DNA of 64,000 nucleotides from the human T2T-CHM13v2.0 reference genome, Homo sapiens (GCF_009914755.1 NC_060941.1), one strand, 5' to 3'; shown: positions 13,640 through 53,019, numbered from the stretch's first letter. Notes: a model not told the origin generated them from the letters alone. Numbers and translations are program-made.

Positions 13640-14284
<645 letters not shown>

Positions 14285-15034
14285 TAGCCAGGATGGTCTC
14301 GATCTCCTGACCTCGTGATCTGCCCACCTTGGCCTCCCAAAGTGCTGGGATTACAGGCGTGAGCCACCACGCCCGGCCCAAACAGTGTTTTTTATGCCAC
14401 TAGGTATTATTTCTTCAAAACAGATAGTTGGTTCAGTGGGACAGAAAAAGGAGCCTAGGACATGGCACTAAATGTCTTGGGTTTATGACACGGCTGGCCG
14501 GGTCCATCCTAGCCATGTGCACGGGGGGATATTACTTCAGCAACCTAAGCCTCAGTCCTCCTGCCTGCAAAATGGAGTTAATGATAACTAATGTGTACGG
14601 TGACAGCGTGTCAGACAGTCTAAGCAGTTTTTTTTGGAGACGGAGTCTCGCTCTGTCACCCAGGCTGGAGTGCAGTGGTGCGATCTCGGCTTACTGTAAC
14701 CTCTACCTCCCAGGTTCAAGCGATTCTTCTGCCTTAGCCCCCGAGTAGCTGGGATTACAGGCACCTGCCACCATGTCCGGCTAACTTTTGTATTTTTAGT
14801 AGAGAAAGGGTTTCACCATGTTGGCCAGGCTGGTCTCGAACCCCTGACCCCAAGTGATCCTCCCGCCTTGGCCTCCAAGGTGCTGGGATTGCAGGCGTGA
14901 GCCTCCATGCCCGGCTTTCAGTGTCCTCTTGACATGGTGGCTGGCTTCCCCCAGAGGGAGTGATCCAAGAGAGCCAGACAGAAGCCATGCTGCCTTATAC
15001 GGCTTGTCTCAGAAGTCACTCACCATCCCTTCTG

Positions 15035-15139
15035 GGGATCCCACTGGTTACACTGATGAGCCCCATTCATTGTGGGAAGGTACTATGGGAATCCCAATGA
15101 TTACACTGATGAGCCCCATTCATTGTGGGAAGGGACTAT
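15035..15139 (+). repeat. 53-bp tandem duplication (2 copies)
   Basis: The 33-nt core ttacactgatgagccccattcattgtgggaagg is identical at 15048-15080 and 15101-15133. Confidence 0.9.
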
Positions 15140-15712
15140 ACAACAGGAGGAATACCCGGAGGGGTGTTGCAGCCGCAGCCACTTTGGAGGCTGGTTACCG
15201 CACATGTGGACACAGTTACTTCTCCAATAACCCCATAAAGTAGATGCTCCTCATAGACATATGTTGTAGATGAGGAAACAGAGGTACAGAAATGAGAAGT
15301 AACTTGTTCAGATTCACAGTCTTTTAAGTGGTAAAGCTGGATAGAACACAGGCAGGCAGATCCAGCGTTGAGGCCTAAGTCACTGTGCTGTCAAGCATCT
15401 CAGATGCACTGTGAGCCTGAAGGAACGTGGTGGGCACGAGAGAGCTTCCACTTTGGAAAGCAAAACAGCAGATACGTACAAGGGGTTGCGCTGATGATTG
15501 TAAACCCAAGTGAAGCAAATGCAAATTGGGAAAGGATGGATGGGAACTCAGGGTCCTAGGAGATGAAGTTGGGGTGACAGAACAGGAAGGGTAGGCCGGG
15601 CGCAGTGGCTCACGCCTGTAATCCCAGCACTTTGGGAGGCCGAGGTGGGTGGACCACGAGGTCAGGAGATCGAGACCATCCTGGCTAACATGGTGAAACC
15701 CCGTCTGTACTA

Positions 15713-16018
<306 letters not shown>

Positions 16019-16437
16019 TCACTTCCGGCATAGGAGCTCTTAATTACAAACCTCTCCTTTGCTTCACTCAATTCAGATGACTCTGTCTCATCCATTCGTT
16101 CAGGAAATGTCACTGAGCACGTAGCATGTAAGTCAGGCGATAGACTGAACGGGGGAGACATAATAATGGCCGGGCAAGATAAGGTCCTTGGCTACCTGGA
16201 GCTTAGAGTCTAGCAGGGGAGACAAGTTACTGGCAAATTCTACCAGAGTGATGAGCGCAATGACAGGAAAGCACGGGGGACTTGAGGTGCAGAGGAAGAC
16301 ACCAGAGCAGTCAGGGATAGGTGTTTTTTTTTGTTTTGATTTGTTTTTTTGAGACAGAGCCTCACTCCGTCATCCAGGCTGGATTGCAGTGGCACGATCT
16401 CGGCTCACTGCAACTTCTGCCTTCCAGATTCAAGTGA

Positions 16438-16755
<318 letters not shown>

Positions 16756-17335
16756 TAAAGTGCTGGGATTACAGGCGTGAGCCACTGCGCCCGGCCAGGG
16801 ATAGGTGTCTTGCATTTAGCAAGTGAGACAAGAGTAGGCCAGATTGGGAAGACTTTTCTCAGCAGAGGGAACAGCCATGCAGAGGCTCAGGGGAGAGCGA
16901 GCCAAGATGCTGAGGTGCTTTCCCCTGTTGAAAGCCTGGCTTGTGGATGGTGGAAGGGGGAGAGCTGGGTGATCTCAGGATCAGAGCAGGGAAGGAGAAG
17001 CTAAGGAGGTACCAATGTAGTTCCTCACTGGCATGGAGAGGCCTCTGCACAGGAATGGGCCTCACTCAACCTGTGCTTCTCCCATCCCACCCCCATCCAA
17101 GGTGGTGAGGGCAGCCAGGCAGCCGAGTACCCTCTCTGCTTATCTTCCCCTGTAGGGGAAGAATTGGCCCTGCTGCTGTGAATGTGGTCCTCATTCCCAG
17201 ATGCAGAGCCTGCGGGGCAGGGCAGAGGTTAGGGAAGGGCAGTTGGAGTGGGCGGTGCCCCATCTGGGTCTCCAGGTTTAAGTGTTAATGGGTGCTGCAT
17301 TCCAGCCTGAAGGAGATGCTCCCTAACAGCGATTA

Positions 17336-17927
<592 letters not shown>

Positions 17928-18197
17928 CTACTCGAGAGGCTGAGGAAGGAGAATCGCTTGAACCCAGGAGGTGGAGGTTGCAGTGAGCCAGGCGCAACAG
18001 GAGCGAGACTCCATCTCAAAAAAAAAAAAAAAAAAAAAAAAAAGGCTTCTAATTCCCTGGATTTTTTTTCCCAAGCCCAAGCTAAAAGCATGCTTGAGTC
18101 TCCGCCTCCGGTTTCCTGCTGGGGCAAGATAGGGTGAAGGGGACCTGAGCCTGGAGTCCAACCCACGGTGCCCCGTCTCCTCGGCCTCCCCTCCATC

Positions 18198-19560
18198 TGT
18201 GATGCTGTGATATAATAAGAAATATATATTTGATATTTACCCTGGTCTCTGGCACAGAGCTCCTGTAACCCTTGGAATTTCCTGAGTGACAGTGGTGCCA
18301 GGAGCATCTGTTGTTATTCATAAGCCCCTTTCAACCATACCTGAGCTGATGCTGATGGGGTGACTCTTGGAGGATGGGGGCTGGTTGCCAGAGGAACCAA
18401 CCATGTGATTAGAGGGTTGGAACTTTCAACCCCCTCCCCAGCCTCCACGTAGCGGGGAGTAGCTGAAGAGTGAGTTCAATTACCAAGGCCGATGATTTAA
18501 TCAATCATGCTACATAATGGAGCTTCTATAAAAACCCCAAACAATGGAGTTCAGAGAGTTTCCAGGTCGGAGAAGGCTTGGAGGCGCTGGGAGGATGTCA
18601 TGCCCAGAGAGGGCACGGAAGCTGCATACCCCTCCTGCAAACCTTGCTGGAAGCAACTCATCCACCTGGTTATTCATCTGTATCCTTTGTGATGTAATTT
18701 CCTTCCTCCCTCCCTCCCTCCCTTCCTTCCTTCCTTCTTTCTTTCCTTCCTTCCTTCTTGACAGAGTCTCACTCTGTTGCCCAGGCTGGAGTGCAGTGGT
18801 GCGATCTTGGCTTACTTCAGCCTCCGCCTCCTGAGTTCAAGCGATTCTCCTGCCTCAGCCACCTGAGTAGCTGGGATTACAGGCATGTGCCACCAGGCCT
18901 GGCTAATTTTTGTATTTTTAATAGAGATGGGGTTTCACCATGTTGGCCAGGCTAATCTCGAACTCCTGACCTCAAGTGATCTGCCCGTCTTGGCCTCCCA
19001 AAGTGCTAGGATTACAGGTGTGAGCCACTGCGGCTGACCTTTTTTCCCAGCTAATTTTTGTATTTTTTGTAGAGACGTGGTTTCACCATGTTGCCCAGGC
19101 TGGTCTCAAGCTCCTGAGCTCAAGCCATCTGCCCACCTCGGCCTCCCAAAGTGCTGGGATTACAGGCGTGAGCCACCCTGCCTGCCCTGTAATATCCTTT
19201 AAAACAAACTGGTAAATGTAAGTAAATGTTTCCCTCAGTTTTGTGAGCCATTCTATCAAATTATTCAACCCAAGGTAGGGGTCGTGGGGACCCCTGAGTT
19301 CTAACTGGTCAGTGAGAAGGACAGAAGGCTCGGAGGAGCAGTTGGCATCTGAAGTCAGGGGCAGTCTGTGAGAATGAGCCCTTAAATAGGGGTCTGCACT
19401 AACTAGGTACTGAGTGCCAGAACCGAATTAAATTATAGGACACCCAGTTGATGTCTGCAGAGAATTGGAGAATTGCTTGGCACGGGGAAAAAACCCACAC
19501 ATCTGGTGTCACAATGGTATGTGAGAGTATTAAAATATGTTTTTTTTTTCCTTTTTATCA
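18198..19560 (+). mobile_element. MER21-like solo LTR interrupted by two antisense Alus (~18711-19036, ~19040-19183)
   Basis: Starts tgtgatgctgtgatataataagaaatatatatttg; internal ccagaggaaccaaccatgtgattagagggttggaactttca; ends ggagaattgcttgg...aaaacccacacatctggtgtca. These match my recollection of MER21 LTRs. Confidence 0.65.
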
Positions 19561-20272
19561 CTCCATAAGCAGGGCCTCAGCAGGCCAGTCTCACTCTCCT
19601 AATCCAGTCGTCAGTGCCCCTCCGCTTTACCTCCTGCTTCCCCCTCGCCCTCTCCCGGTCTCCACAGCAGGCTGATTCTGTCACTCCCCTGTGTAAGACA
19701 ACTCCTCAGAGCCCTCAGGTAAGGCCCAAGTTCCTTACCATGTTCTGCAGGCCCTCTAGAATGAAGCTCCCCTGGGGGAGATTGTGTCTGCTTGTTCACC
19801 TGGGTTCCCAGAACTTGGCACGGAGTAGAGACTCAGTCAAAGTTTGCTAGAGGGATGAATCAATGCCTGCTCCGGCTCCCGCCTCTCTGGCTACATCTGC
19901 CTTCATCTCTCCCCATGTGCCCTAGCCTCACGTTCATTCAATTCTCAGATGACCTCTAGTACTTCCCAGAGTACACTGGGTGTTCAAAGGAAAGTCAGAT
20001 TTCACATGATCTTCCCTGAAGAAGCTCATGGAAAGACTGTGTTTTTCCTACCAAGAACTTGGACTTTGCTCATTCCATCCCTTCAGCCTAGAAGGCTTAG
20101 CAACATCTGACCTGTCCTTCAGGGCTCAGCTCAAGTGCTACTACCTATTTATTTATTTATTTGAGACAGAGTTTTGCTCTTTTCACCCAGGCTGGAGCGC
20201 AGTGGTGCAATCTCGGCTCACTACAACCTCCGCCTCCCAGATTCAAGCGATTATCCTGCCTCAGCCTCCTGA

Positions 20273-20461
<189 letters not shown>

Positions 20462-21714
20462 TGAAGTCTGCCTTCATGGTTTTATTCAGCCCAGTGAGAA
20501 CATTCACCCACTTCTTTGCATTCCCAAGGCCCCCTCAGTTCTTCCTTACATGAGAGCTACTGCTTTCATTAATTATTTTATGGACTTATTCACCTAATAA
20601 CATGTACTGAGAACCTGCTTTGGACAGTACTCGTTGTGCGCAGCTGCAGTCCTAGCTCCTTGGAAGGCTGAGGCGGGAGGATCGCATGCTAATTTGTAAA
20701 CCCACTGCAAGGTAAGGAAGCTGAACTGAGACTCCTGCATTAATTTGGGACTCCTGAAAGAAGCTAAAACTGTCTCAAGTTGTTTGCAACCTCTGGCATC
20801 TGGCAGAAGCAAATGAAATTTCTCTCTGGAGTAAAACATCTCAAATTTAGGCACTTGGAATTCCTACAGATTAAGATCAATAAAATATAATATTAAACTG
20901 TGTACAGTGGTACATACCCATAGTCCCAGCTACTCGGGAGGCTGAGGAGGAGGATCCCTGAAGCCCAGGAGCTTGAGACTGCAGGACACTATAATTGTGC
21001 CTGTGAATAGCCACTGCCCTTTAGCCTGGGCAACATAGCAAGACCTATCTCTAAGAGAAAATAAAATATAATAAAATGTAATATAATTTCACAATCATAG
21101 ACACACAAGGAAACAATCCACCGTGAATGAGAGTCAGCAGAAACAATGACTATAAATTTAGATCTGTAAGGATATTAAAAATTGGAATAAAAACAAAACT
21201 ATGAATGAAGAATTAAAGAAAATGTGGAGACCGGGCGCAGCGGCTCACACCTGTAATCCCAGCACTTTGGGAGGCCAAGGCAGGTGGATCACACGGTCAG
21301 GAGACCGAGACCATCCTAGCTAACATGGTGAAACCCCATCTCTACTAAAAAAATACAAAAAAATTAGCTGGGCATGGTGGCAGGCACCTGTAGTCCCAGC
21401 TGCTTGGGAGGCTGAGGCAGGAGAATGGCTTGAACCCGGGAGTGCAGAGCTTGCAGTGAGATGAGATTGCGCCACTGCACTCCAGCCTGGGCAACAGAGC
21501 AAGACTCCACCTCAAAAAAAAAAAAAAAAGAAAAGAAAATGTGGAATAGGCCAGGCATGGTGGCTCATACCTGCAATCTCAGCTCTTTGGGAGGCCGAGG
21601 TAGGAGGATTGCTTGAGCTCAGGAGTTTAAGACCAGCTTTGACAATATAATGAGACTCCATCTCTACTTATTTAAAAAAAAAAAAAAAGGGCCGGGCGCG
21701 GTGGCTCACACCTA

Positions 21715-21906
<192 letters not shown>

Positions 21907-22545
21907 TCACACCTGTAATCCCAGCAGTTTGGGAGCCCAAGGCAGGTGGATTACCTGAGGTCAGAAGTTCAAGACCAGCCTTGCCGAACATGGTGAAACC
22001 CCATCTCTGCTAAAAATACAAAAATTAGCCAGGCGTGGTGGCGCATACTTGTAATCCTTAGGAGGCTGAGGCACAAGAATCCCTTGAACCTGGGAGGCAG
22101 AGGCTGCAATGAGCGAAGATCATGCCACTGCATGCCAGCCTGGGAGGCAGAGTGAGACACTGTCTCAAAAAAAAAAACAAAAAAACACTCCCAAAACCAA
22201 AAAAAAAAAAGAAAACAACAACCAAAAGAGAGAATGTGAAATGAAAAATGAGAAAGCAACAAGATCCCATCTATACAAAACTAAAAATAAAAAATTAGTT
22301 GGACATGGTGGTGCATGCCTGTAATCTGAGCTACTTAGAAAGCTGAGGTGAGAGGATCAATTGAGCCCAGGAGTTTGAGGCTGCAGTGAGCTATGATCAC
22401 ATCGCATCACTGTACTCTAGCCTGGGCCACAGAGCAAAACCTTGTCCAAAAAAAAAAAAAAGAAAGAAAGAAAAAAGAAAACAAAAAGAAAGCTGGGCAC
22501 GGTGGCACACACCTGTGGTGTAGTCCCAGTTCCTCAGGAGGTTGA

Positions 22546-22677
<132 letters not shown>

Positions 22678-22906
22678 TGAATCAGCCTGGGCTGGGCAAC
22701 ATAGCTCCTCTCTCTCTCTTTTTCTTTTTTTTCTTTGAAACAAGTTCTTGCTCTGTGGCCCAGGCTGGAGTGTGATGGCACCGTCATGGCTCACTGAAGC
22801 CTCAAATTCCTGGGCTCAAGCGATCCTCCCACCTCAGCCTCCCAACTAACTGGGACTACAGGTGCATGCAACCAGGCTTGACTAATTTTTAATTTTATTT
22901 TTGTAG

Positions 22907-23221
<315 letters not shown>

Positions 23222-23453
23222 TAGAGACAGAATTTCATCATGTTGCATAGGCTAGTCTCAAAATCCTAGGCTCAAGCGATCTTCCAGCCTCAGCCTCCCA
23301 AAAGTGCTGGGATTACAGATGTGAGCCACAGCTCCTGGCACAATTAATTAATTTTTTAAAAAATAATAAAGCAACAGAAGACTATAAAAGATGACCAGGG
23401 ACATTAAAGAGACAAAAGTATCTTTGGCTGAAAAAATGACATGAAAAATGTAA

Positions 23454-27910
<4,457 letters not shown>

Positions 27911-27998
27911 AAATAGTGTAATGAAGTAGAGTAGGGGCCGGGCGCGGTGGCTCATGCCTGGATTCCCAGCACTTTGGGAGGCTGAGACAGGTGGATCA

Positions 27999-29171
<1,173 letters not shown>

Positions 29172-29279
29172 TGACCTCGTGATCCACCCGCCTCAGCCTC
29201 CCAAAGTGCTAGGATTACAGGTGTGAGCCACTGTGCCTGGCCAAGTAGAGTAATTTTCATATGAGTATAACAACAACCA

Positions 29280-29750
29280 AAAAATAAAATTAAAAAACCC
29301 TTCCATGTAAGGATTAAACAGCACATCAGATGTAACCAAAGAGAGAATTAGTGAACTGGAAGACAGACTGGAAGAGATTACCTGAATGTATCACCAAGAC
29401 ACAAAGAGATGAAAGATACAGGAGACAGGTTAAAAGACACAGAGTACAGAATGAAAAGGTCTAGAACACTCCTAATCAGAGTTGGCAAAGGAGAGAGCAC
29501 AGAGGACAGAGGAAAAATAATATCTGGATGGTTTCTGAGAACTTTCCAATATGATAAAATACGATAAAAGATGTGAATTCATACATACAGGAAGTACAAC
29601 ATATTGAGCAGAATAAATAGAATAAATAAACATCTAGATACATTGTGACAAAACTACAAAACACCAATGATATCTTAAAAGCAGGGAGTAAAAAGAGATC
29701 ATCTACACAACAATGAGGATTAGACTGAGGAGACTTCTTTACAACCAACA
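29280..29750 (+). mobile_element. Old L1 ORF1-region fragment
   Basis: gagagaattagtgaactggaagacag...ctaatcagagtt...tgagaactttcca...aaacatctagatacattgt is typical of degraded L1 ORF1. Confidence 0.55.
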
Positions 29751-30879
29751 TGTATCAGGCCTATTATATGCCCACACTGTCCTAGGTACTTAGAACACAA
29801 GTATGAACAAGCCAGGCCCAGCCCCTACCCTGTGGAGCTACAGAACCTCTAACAGGGATCGAAGATGTGCAGTAACAATTATAGTGTGATGAGCGATCCT
29901 GGTTGGAGGGCAAAAGAATCGGCAAGAAAACAATACCATAGAACAGCATTATGAAGATTTTCCTATCCCACGTAGGATCCACACAGGGACTGGCCCCCAA
30001 GCACAGATCCTTGCTGGCAGCCTGAGAGTCACTCGGTCTAACTTGGTTTCAAGGCAACTCCACCAGCCTTTATTAAATAAGGCTCTGGGTCTCTGGGTAC
30101 TGGCTGCCTGCTCACACTTTCCCTTACAGACATCTGGACCCCTCCCTTACCCCACATTATAAGCAAGGAGGAAGAAGAGGACCCGAGGCTGGGAAACGTG
30201 GAGGTGGCAGTTGGGATCAAACATCCTACATGTTTACCAAGACCAGGAGGGCTTTTCCCTCCAAGGGACCCTTGGGACAGCAGCTGCTATGTTCACGCGT
30301 CCTTCCTTGGGACAGGGGACAGACTAGATGTCCTAAGACTGGCAGCTTCCTCTCTGGGACCCCTGAGAGAAGCGGAGACAAATGGTCCTCCTCAGGGCCT
30401 TCTTCAAGGTCCTGGACTTAGTCCCAGTGGCCACAGGCTAGGTAGCAGTGTGCAGGGCCCTGAGTTCTGCAGAGCTTGCATGGAGAGCAGGCGTTACGCT
30501 GGAAGGAAGCCCAGGAGTGTCAGTAATGGGGAAGCGTGCCCTGAGGCATGGAATGCTGCCGGTGATCAACAACAGCTTCAACTGTAGACTCTGTCTAGGC
30601 CAGGGCCAACTCTCCGTACCAGCATCAACATCTCTCTGCCCTGGCCCCATTCCAGGGTTCATTAAGTAAAGCCTGCTAGGAAGCTCTGAACCCCCTGCCA
30701 TGGGGCAGGAACTGTGTCCTATTTAGCCTTATATTCCCTGTGCGTGGACAGGATAGCTCTATCGGGCGCTTATTCATGTAAGAGGGAGGGTCCTGGCTGA
30801 GAGGTGAAGGATTTGGCGAGAGGGCATGGGGGACAGAGACAGAGGAGTGAAGTCTGGGGAGGGCTGGGAAGCTATTCGG

Positions 30880-31430
30880 AGAAGGCTGGAAAGACGTGAA
30901 GGAAGACGAGCAGAGGAGAAGGGAAGGGGGCTTCTCACAGTCGGGGCGATCTGGTCTGGAGGAGGGAGGGGCCGCCAGTCGCCCTGGGGACCGTCACCTT
31001 GTCCCACTAGGGAACTCGGGGTGCGGCCCTCGCCGGCCCCGGGCCAGCGGCCAGGTCCCCGCCCTCCGCGGGATTTACTCCTGTCCCGCCTCCTCGGATT
31101 TAGCCCAGGCAGCCTGGGAGGTTCCGCAGTCGCCGCTTCCGCCTTGACCAGGTGAGGGTCCGGACCGAGCAGGGGGCCCGGGCTGGGGAGAGCCGGCGGA
31201 GCAGCCGTCGCTGGGGGCGCGTCCGGGGGGCGCTGGGCCTGTCCTCTTCTCCTGCGTCCTTCCCTCCCGCAGCCGCGCTTCCTCCTGTCTCCCTTCTGCG
31301 CTCCCCGCTTCCCACCGAGCGCGCAGGGCCGGGTCCCCCAGGGTCCTGGGCTTTCTCCTTCCCAACCCAACCCTGTTCGCGCCCGGTTCTGAGTCCACCT
31401 GCGCGTTTCCAACTAGGCCCAGCCTCGATC
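30880..31430 (+). promoter_or_regulatory. TNK1: TNK1 CpG-island promoter and non-coding first exon (donor after 31151)
   Basis: CpG-rich segment with a strong donor CAG|GTGAGG at 31149-31157; the next acceptor TTGCAG| opens the ATG exon at 32875. Confidence 0.7.
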
Positions 31431-32022
31431 CTCTTCTTCCTCCTTGCTTATAATGTAGGGGAAGGGACGGGTCCAGGAGTGTGCTAGGGAAAGTGTGAGC
31501 AGGCTGCCAGTACCCAGAGGCCCAGAGCCTTATTTAACAAAGGTTGGTGGAGTTGCCTTGAAGCCAAGTTAGACCGAGTGACTCAGGCTGCCAGCAGGCA
31601 TCTGTGCCTGGGGCTGAGCTCAGGTAGGTGTGGGACTGTGTACCTGACAGCCTCAGTGGCTCCATAGGCAGCACCTAAGCCTAGCGGCCATCACAAGTGC
31701 CTGATTTGATTTCAAATGTTGCTGCCTCCGGTGGAGGAGAGGCAATGACTGTGGACCTCTTTTGGCTTGAGGGGTCCCTATGCCCCCATAGCTCAGGTAT
31801 GCTGTGTGCACACTGTACCTCAATGTCTGTGTGTTGTGTTCATGTGGACCTTTGTGTCTTAGCCGTGTGGGGCAGTGTATCTAGGTGTTTGGAGGCAGTG
31901 AACTGCCATGTCCCATGGATGTGACACGTATGTACAAGGAACATCTCATGGAAGGACACAGATGAGCCTGGGCGTTTTGTGGCCGCATGCTGAAATGTCT
32001 CAGCGTTAAGACGACATATATC

Positions 32023-32370
<348 letters not shown>

Positions 32371-32497
32371 TCAGTGTGTGTGTGTGGCAGCATGTGGGAG
32401 GCAGTGTACCTTCGTGTGTGTGCGTGCTCTACCTACATGTCTGAGGTATGGTGTGGTTGTCATATCTGAGCATCTCCAGTGTGTGTGGTAGGCAAAC

Positions 32498-32550
32498 ATG
32501 TCTCATGTTGGAGGAAGGGAGATGTCTCATGTTGGAGGAAGGGAGATGTC
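32498..32550 (+). repeat. 24-bp perfect tandem duplication
   Basis: atgtctcatgttggaggaagggag x2, plus atgtc. Confidence 0.9.
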
Positions 32551-32965
32551 GTCTCAGGTGTGTATGAGTGAGTTTGTGCCACTGCGTAGCTCAGGTCTAA
32601 AAGGGCAGTGTTTCTGGGTGTCCGGGTGTGTGATGTGCCGTGATATTTCAGAGTCAGGATGGTAACATACCTGGAGTCTGTAGTAGGAGCAGGCAGTATG
32701 CTAAAATTGCAGGTGTGAGCAGGGCAGGTTACTCAGCGGTGAAGGGACAGAGTACCCGGATGCCGTGGGCACGGGGAACATTCTATCTGGGATTTGTGTG
32801 CGTGAGTGGCAGGGATCCTGGCTGTCTCTGCTGTGTCCCTGCCTCTGTACCTGAGTGTTTCTAATGACTTGCAGGTGGAGCTGGAGACCTGGTCTCTCTA
32901 GGGCCTACCCTGAGCTCACCATCTGAAGGAGAGTGCCATCATCCTTAGGAACTCCTTCTCCAGAC

Positions 32966-39126
<6,161 letters not shown>

Positions 39127-39793
39127 GCTCAGCTTCTGCGGGCACAGACACCAGCATGAAAAGCCTAGGCCCCTGAGGGCCTGGCCACATGGGACCAAGC
39201 GGAACCAGAACAAGGTCCCGACAGGGGTAGACGTTCCACCTGGGGAGATCCCACCTGCCGTAGGCACATGGAGGAGGAGCCCAGAGTTGGGCACTGGCAA
39301 ATGTCTCCTCCCTCCCATGCTCCTTGGCTTCTGAAGGCTGAAGCTCCTTTGGCTGGGCCAAGAAGGATCTAGTCTGCCCACTACATTCTCAAACAAGAGG
39401 ACTTGGAGGAAAAGAGCTGCTATACATCATATGCAGAGGAAGCTTCTACGCGCTAGAGAGGATCAAGGGGCCACACTGGACCATGTGAACAGCCATCCTG
39501 AACTGCCATCAGCTACCACACTGGACTCTGCAGGGCAGCCATCCTGGATGATGGAAGCCACCATATTGACTTGGGGTATAGGCCCAAACTGCCTTCGTTT
39601 GGTCCAGGGCCATCGTGGGTGATGACGATTGCTCTCTTGCACTCAAGGACATTTGATGCTGGTAGTATGGATTATGAGATGGACTAGCCCCTGCCCCAGC
39701 CCAGCTCTCACATTCCCCTTTGTTTTTTCCCATACCAACTGCTTCTACCCTCCCCTATTACATACATCTTTCAATGTCCAAAAAGTTACAAAG

Positions 39794-39799
39794 TTTATA
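39794..39799 (-). terminator. PLSCR3: Putative PLSCR3 polyadenylation signal (TATAAA on minus strand)
   Basis: tttata on plus = TATAAA on minus, followed on minus by U-rich sequence (ctttgtaactttttgg). Confidence 0.55.
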
Positions 39800-39810
39800 T
39801 GAATGTAACA

Positions 39811-39816
39811 TATAAA
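39811..39816 (+). terminator. TNK1: Putative TNK1 polyadenylation signal (TATAAA variant)
   Basis: No AATAAA seen in the TNK1 3' UTR; this TATAAA is preceded by TGTA (39804-39807). Confidence 0.55.
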
Positions 39817-40426
39817 GATGCAGCCTTTTTCCTAGGGCAAGGGAAGGAAGGGCAGTTACATAAGGCACAGGAATCGCAGCAAGCACCAGCTGAAGGCAGG
39901 GCCCTAGTGGGAGAGGAAGTTGGCACTGGGGTCCCCCTGCAGCTGTTGATGGGGAGGTAGAGACCCCCTCAAAGTGCCATGGTCTGAGGCTGAACTAATT
40001 GGCCAAGCAGATGCTAGGCAGCGGCGGGGGGGCGGTGGCTATATCCACCGTCTTTGGTGCAGCTTGCCCTTCCACACCCCAGCCCTCTTGTAAAACCCCA
40101 GAGTCCTGGGTTCCAGAGGCCTCCTTTGGAGCAGAGGCCCTGGAAGGGGGTGGGAGAGAGTGCATGGGGAAAGTGTGAAAGCTGATATGCCTGTGTGCCG
40201 AGGGACTGCTGGGACAGTGGTGGGAGGTAGCAGGAGAGCGGCTCTCATACATACCCCTCCTTGGGAACCACAGGGGCAGGCGGCCAGGGAGTAGGGTAGG
40301 GATGGGGCCCCCCTTCTGTCCCCTGCAGTGTACATGGAGGAAAGGGGCTGCCCAGAGGAGGGGCCAGGGCAGGTGACCATCTGGAGTTCTGGTCGAGGTG
40401 ATGGTCTCCTCACACCATGGTGGCCT

Positions 40427-44152
<3,726 letters not shown>

Positions 44153-44199
44153 GGGAGAAGGGCTGGGGTTTTCGGGATGATGGTGTCTGGGTGGCTTAG

Positions 44200-45350
44200 T
44201 TCTGGAAGCGGAGGCAAACTCGGAGATAGCCAGACAGACACAGAGACAGACACAAAGACGGAGAGGCAGCTGCGCCCGGCGCCGGCCCAGGGTCTCTTGG
44301 GCGGCGCCTCTGACTCGGGGAGAAACCCAAGTGTCAGTGGGCGGGACCGGGTACCTGGGACCCTGGATTCCCTCGGGGGCCCCAGAACCGCCCCCTCCCT
44401 TTGTTCTCCCATCCTGCGGAGGAGGCTGTGGGCCGACGGCAGGACAGATGGACCCGCGGTCAGACCGACAGCCCCACCCCAAGGGCGGTCTCCCTGACCC
44501 CTCTGTGCCCCCGCTCACCTGGAGCCCCCAGAAGAGCCCGGGTGCCTAGCACTCGGCAGCTCACAGGAGCTGGCGGAGGCGGAGGCGGGCCCGAGCTCGG
44601 ACCCCGGCCCCGCCCCCCGACCCGCCGAGCCCGCCCCCTCCTGGGCGGTGCGTTTGCGCCGGGAGGAAGGCAGCCGTCCGCTGCCCCGGGAAGCCGATCG
44701 TGGGCTTTGCTCCTCGGCGTCGCCGACGTTCCCGCCCCTTCCGCTCGGACTGCAGATGCCCAGAGAGTAGGAGCGCCTGGAGAAGGCGGCGGCTGGTCCC
44801 GGGCCCCGCGAACGCCGCCAGGCCGGCGGCGTGCGTGCTCAGCGCCCTGGGTGGGAGGCGAGGGCGGCCCGGGCCGCGCTGGCCCCTGGGCTCCTCCTCC
44901 CAAGGGCAGTCGGGCCTCGCTGACGCAGCGGAACACCCTTCACACTCACTCATTGGCTTCCAGGACTGGCTCCTGGCTCGCCTTCTGCCTCCCAGGGGCG
45001 ACCTCGCCGTCTTCTCTCCCTGGCACAGCGGTGACCCACACGGGCACCTCGCAGCGACAGCAGTTTCTGCAGGTGCCCCAGCCACGCGGGTGACAGGCCG
45101 CCAAACGGTGTCAGTGAGCGTGCTCAGGCCGCCTAGAGGGCCAGAGGAGGAAGCGCGGTCAGAAAAGACCCCCGAGATGAGTGTCTTCGACTGGATCCTG
45201 AGCCAGGACCAGTCCTGCCTTGGGGGCCACTGGCTGAGTGGCGCAAGAGATGAGTTTAGAAACGGAGTGCAGTCCACATACAGGGCGGGTTGTGTGGAAG
45301 CTGCGATTTGGCCCCACGAGCAGCGAGGAGTCCACCGAGACATTTTTAGA
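44200..45350 (-). promoter_or_regulatory. PLSCR3: PLSCR3 CpG-island promoter and non-coding first exon (donor at 44519/44518)
   Basis: CpG dense with GC boxes at ~44600-44650; minus-strand donor CAG|GTGAGC. Confidence 0.7.
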
Positions 45351-45376
45351 ACAAAGAAGGTCAAATGTGTGTTTTA

Positions 45377-52751
<7,375 letters not shown>

Positions 52752-53019
52752 CTAGTATGCATCAGAACCACAAGATGAGCTTATTAAAATACAGATTCTC
52801 AGGCCCGAAAGAGTGCTTCAGTAGGAATCTGTGTTATTTCAAGCATTCTTTATGACTTTGATGCCCACCAGGGTAAGAACATTATAATAAGTTAACTTAA
52901 AGTGACCAGAATCCCCAGACCTAAGGCTCACTGATTAAGTCTTAGGAAATGGAGGGAGTTCAGAGGTTGAATCCCCACCCTTCGTCCTCCAAGAGGTTAG
53001 ATGAACAAAGACTCCAAAG

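Noticed and set aside
20897-21060. Possible 7SL RNA gene or pseudogene (also 48788-48955)
   Set aside because: Only Alu-monomer (FLAM-like) sequence is present; no SRP S-domain was seen.
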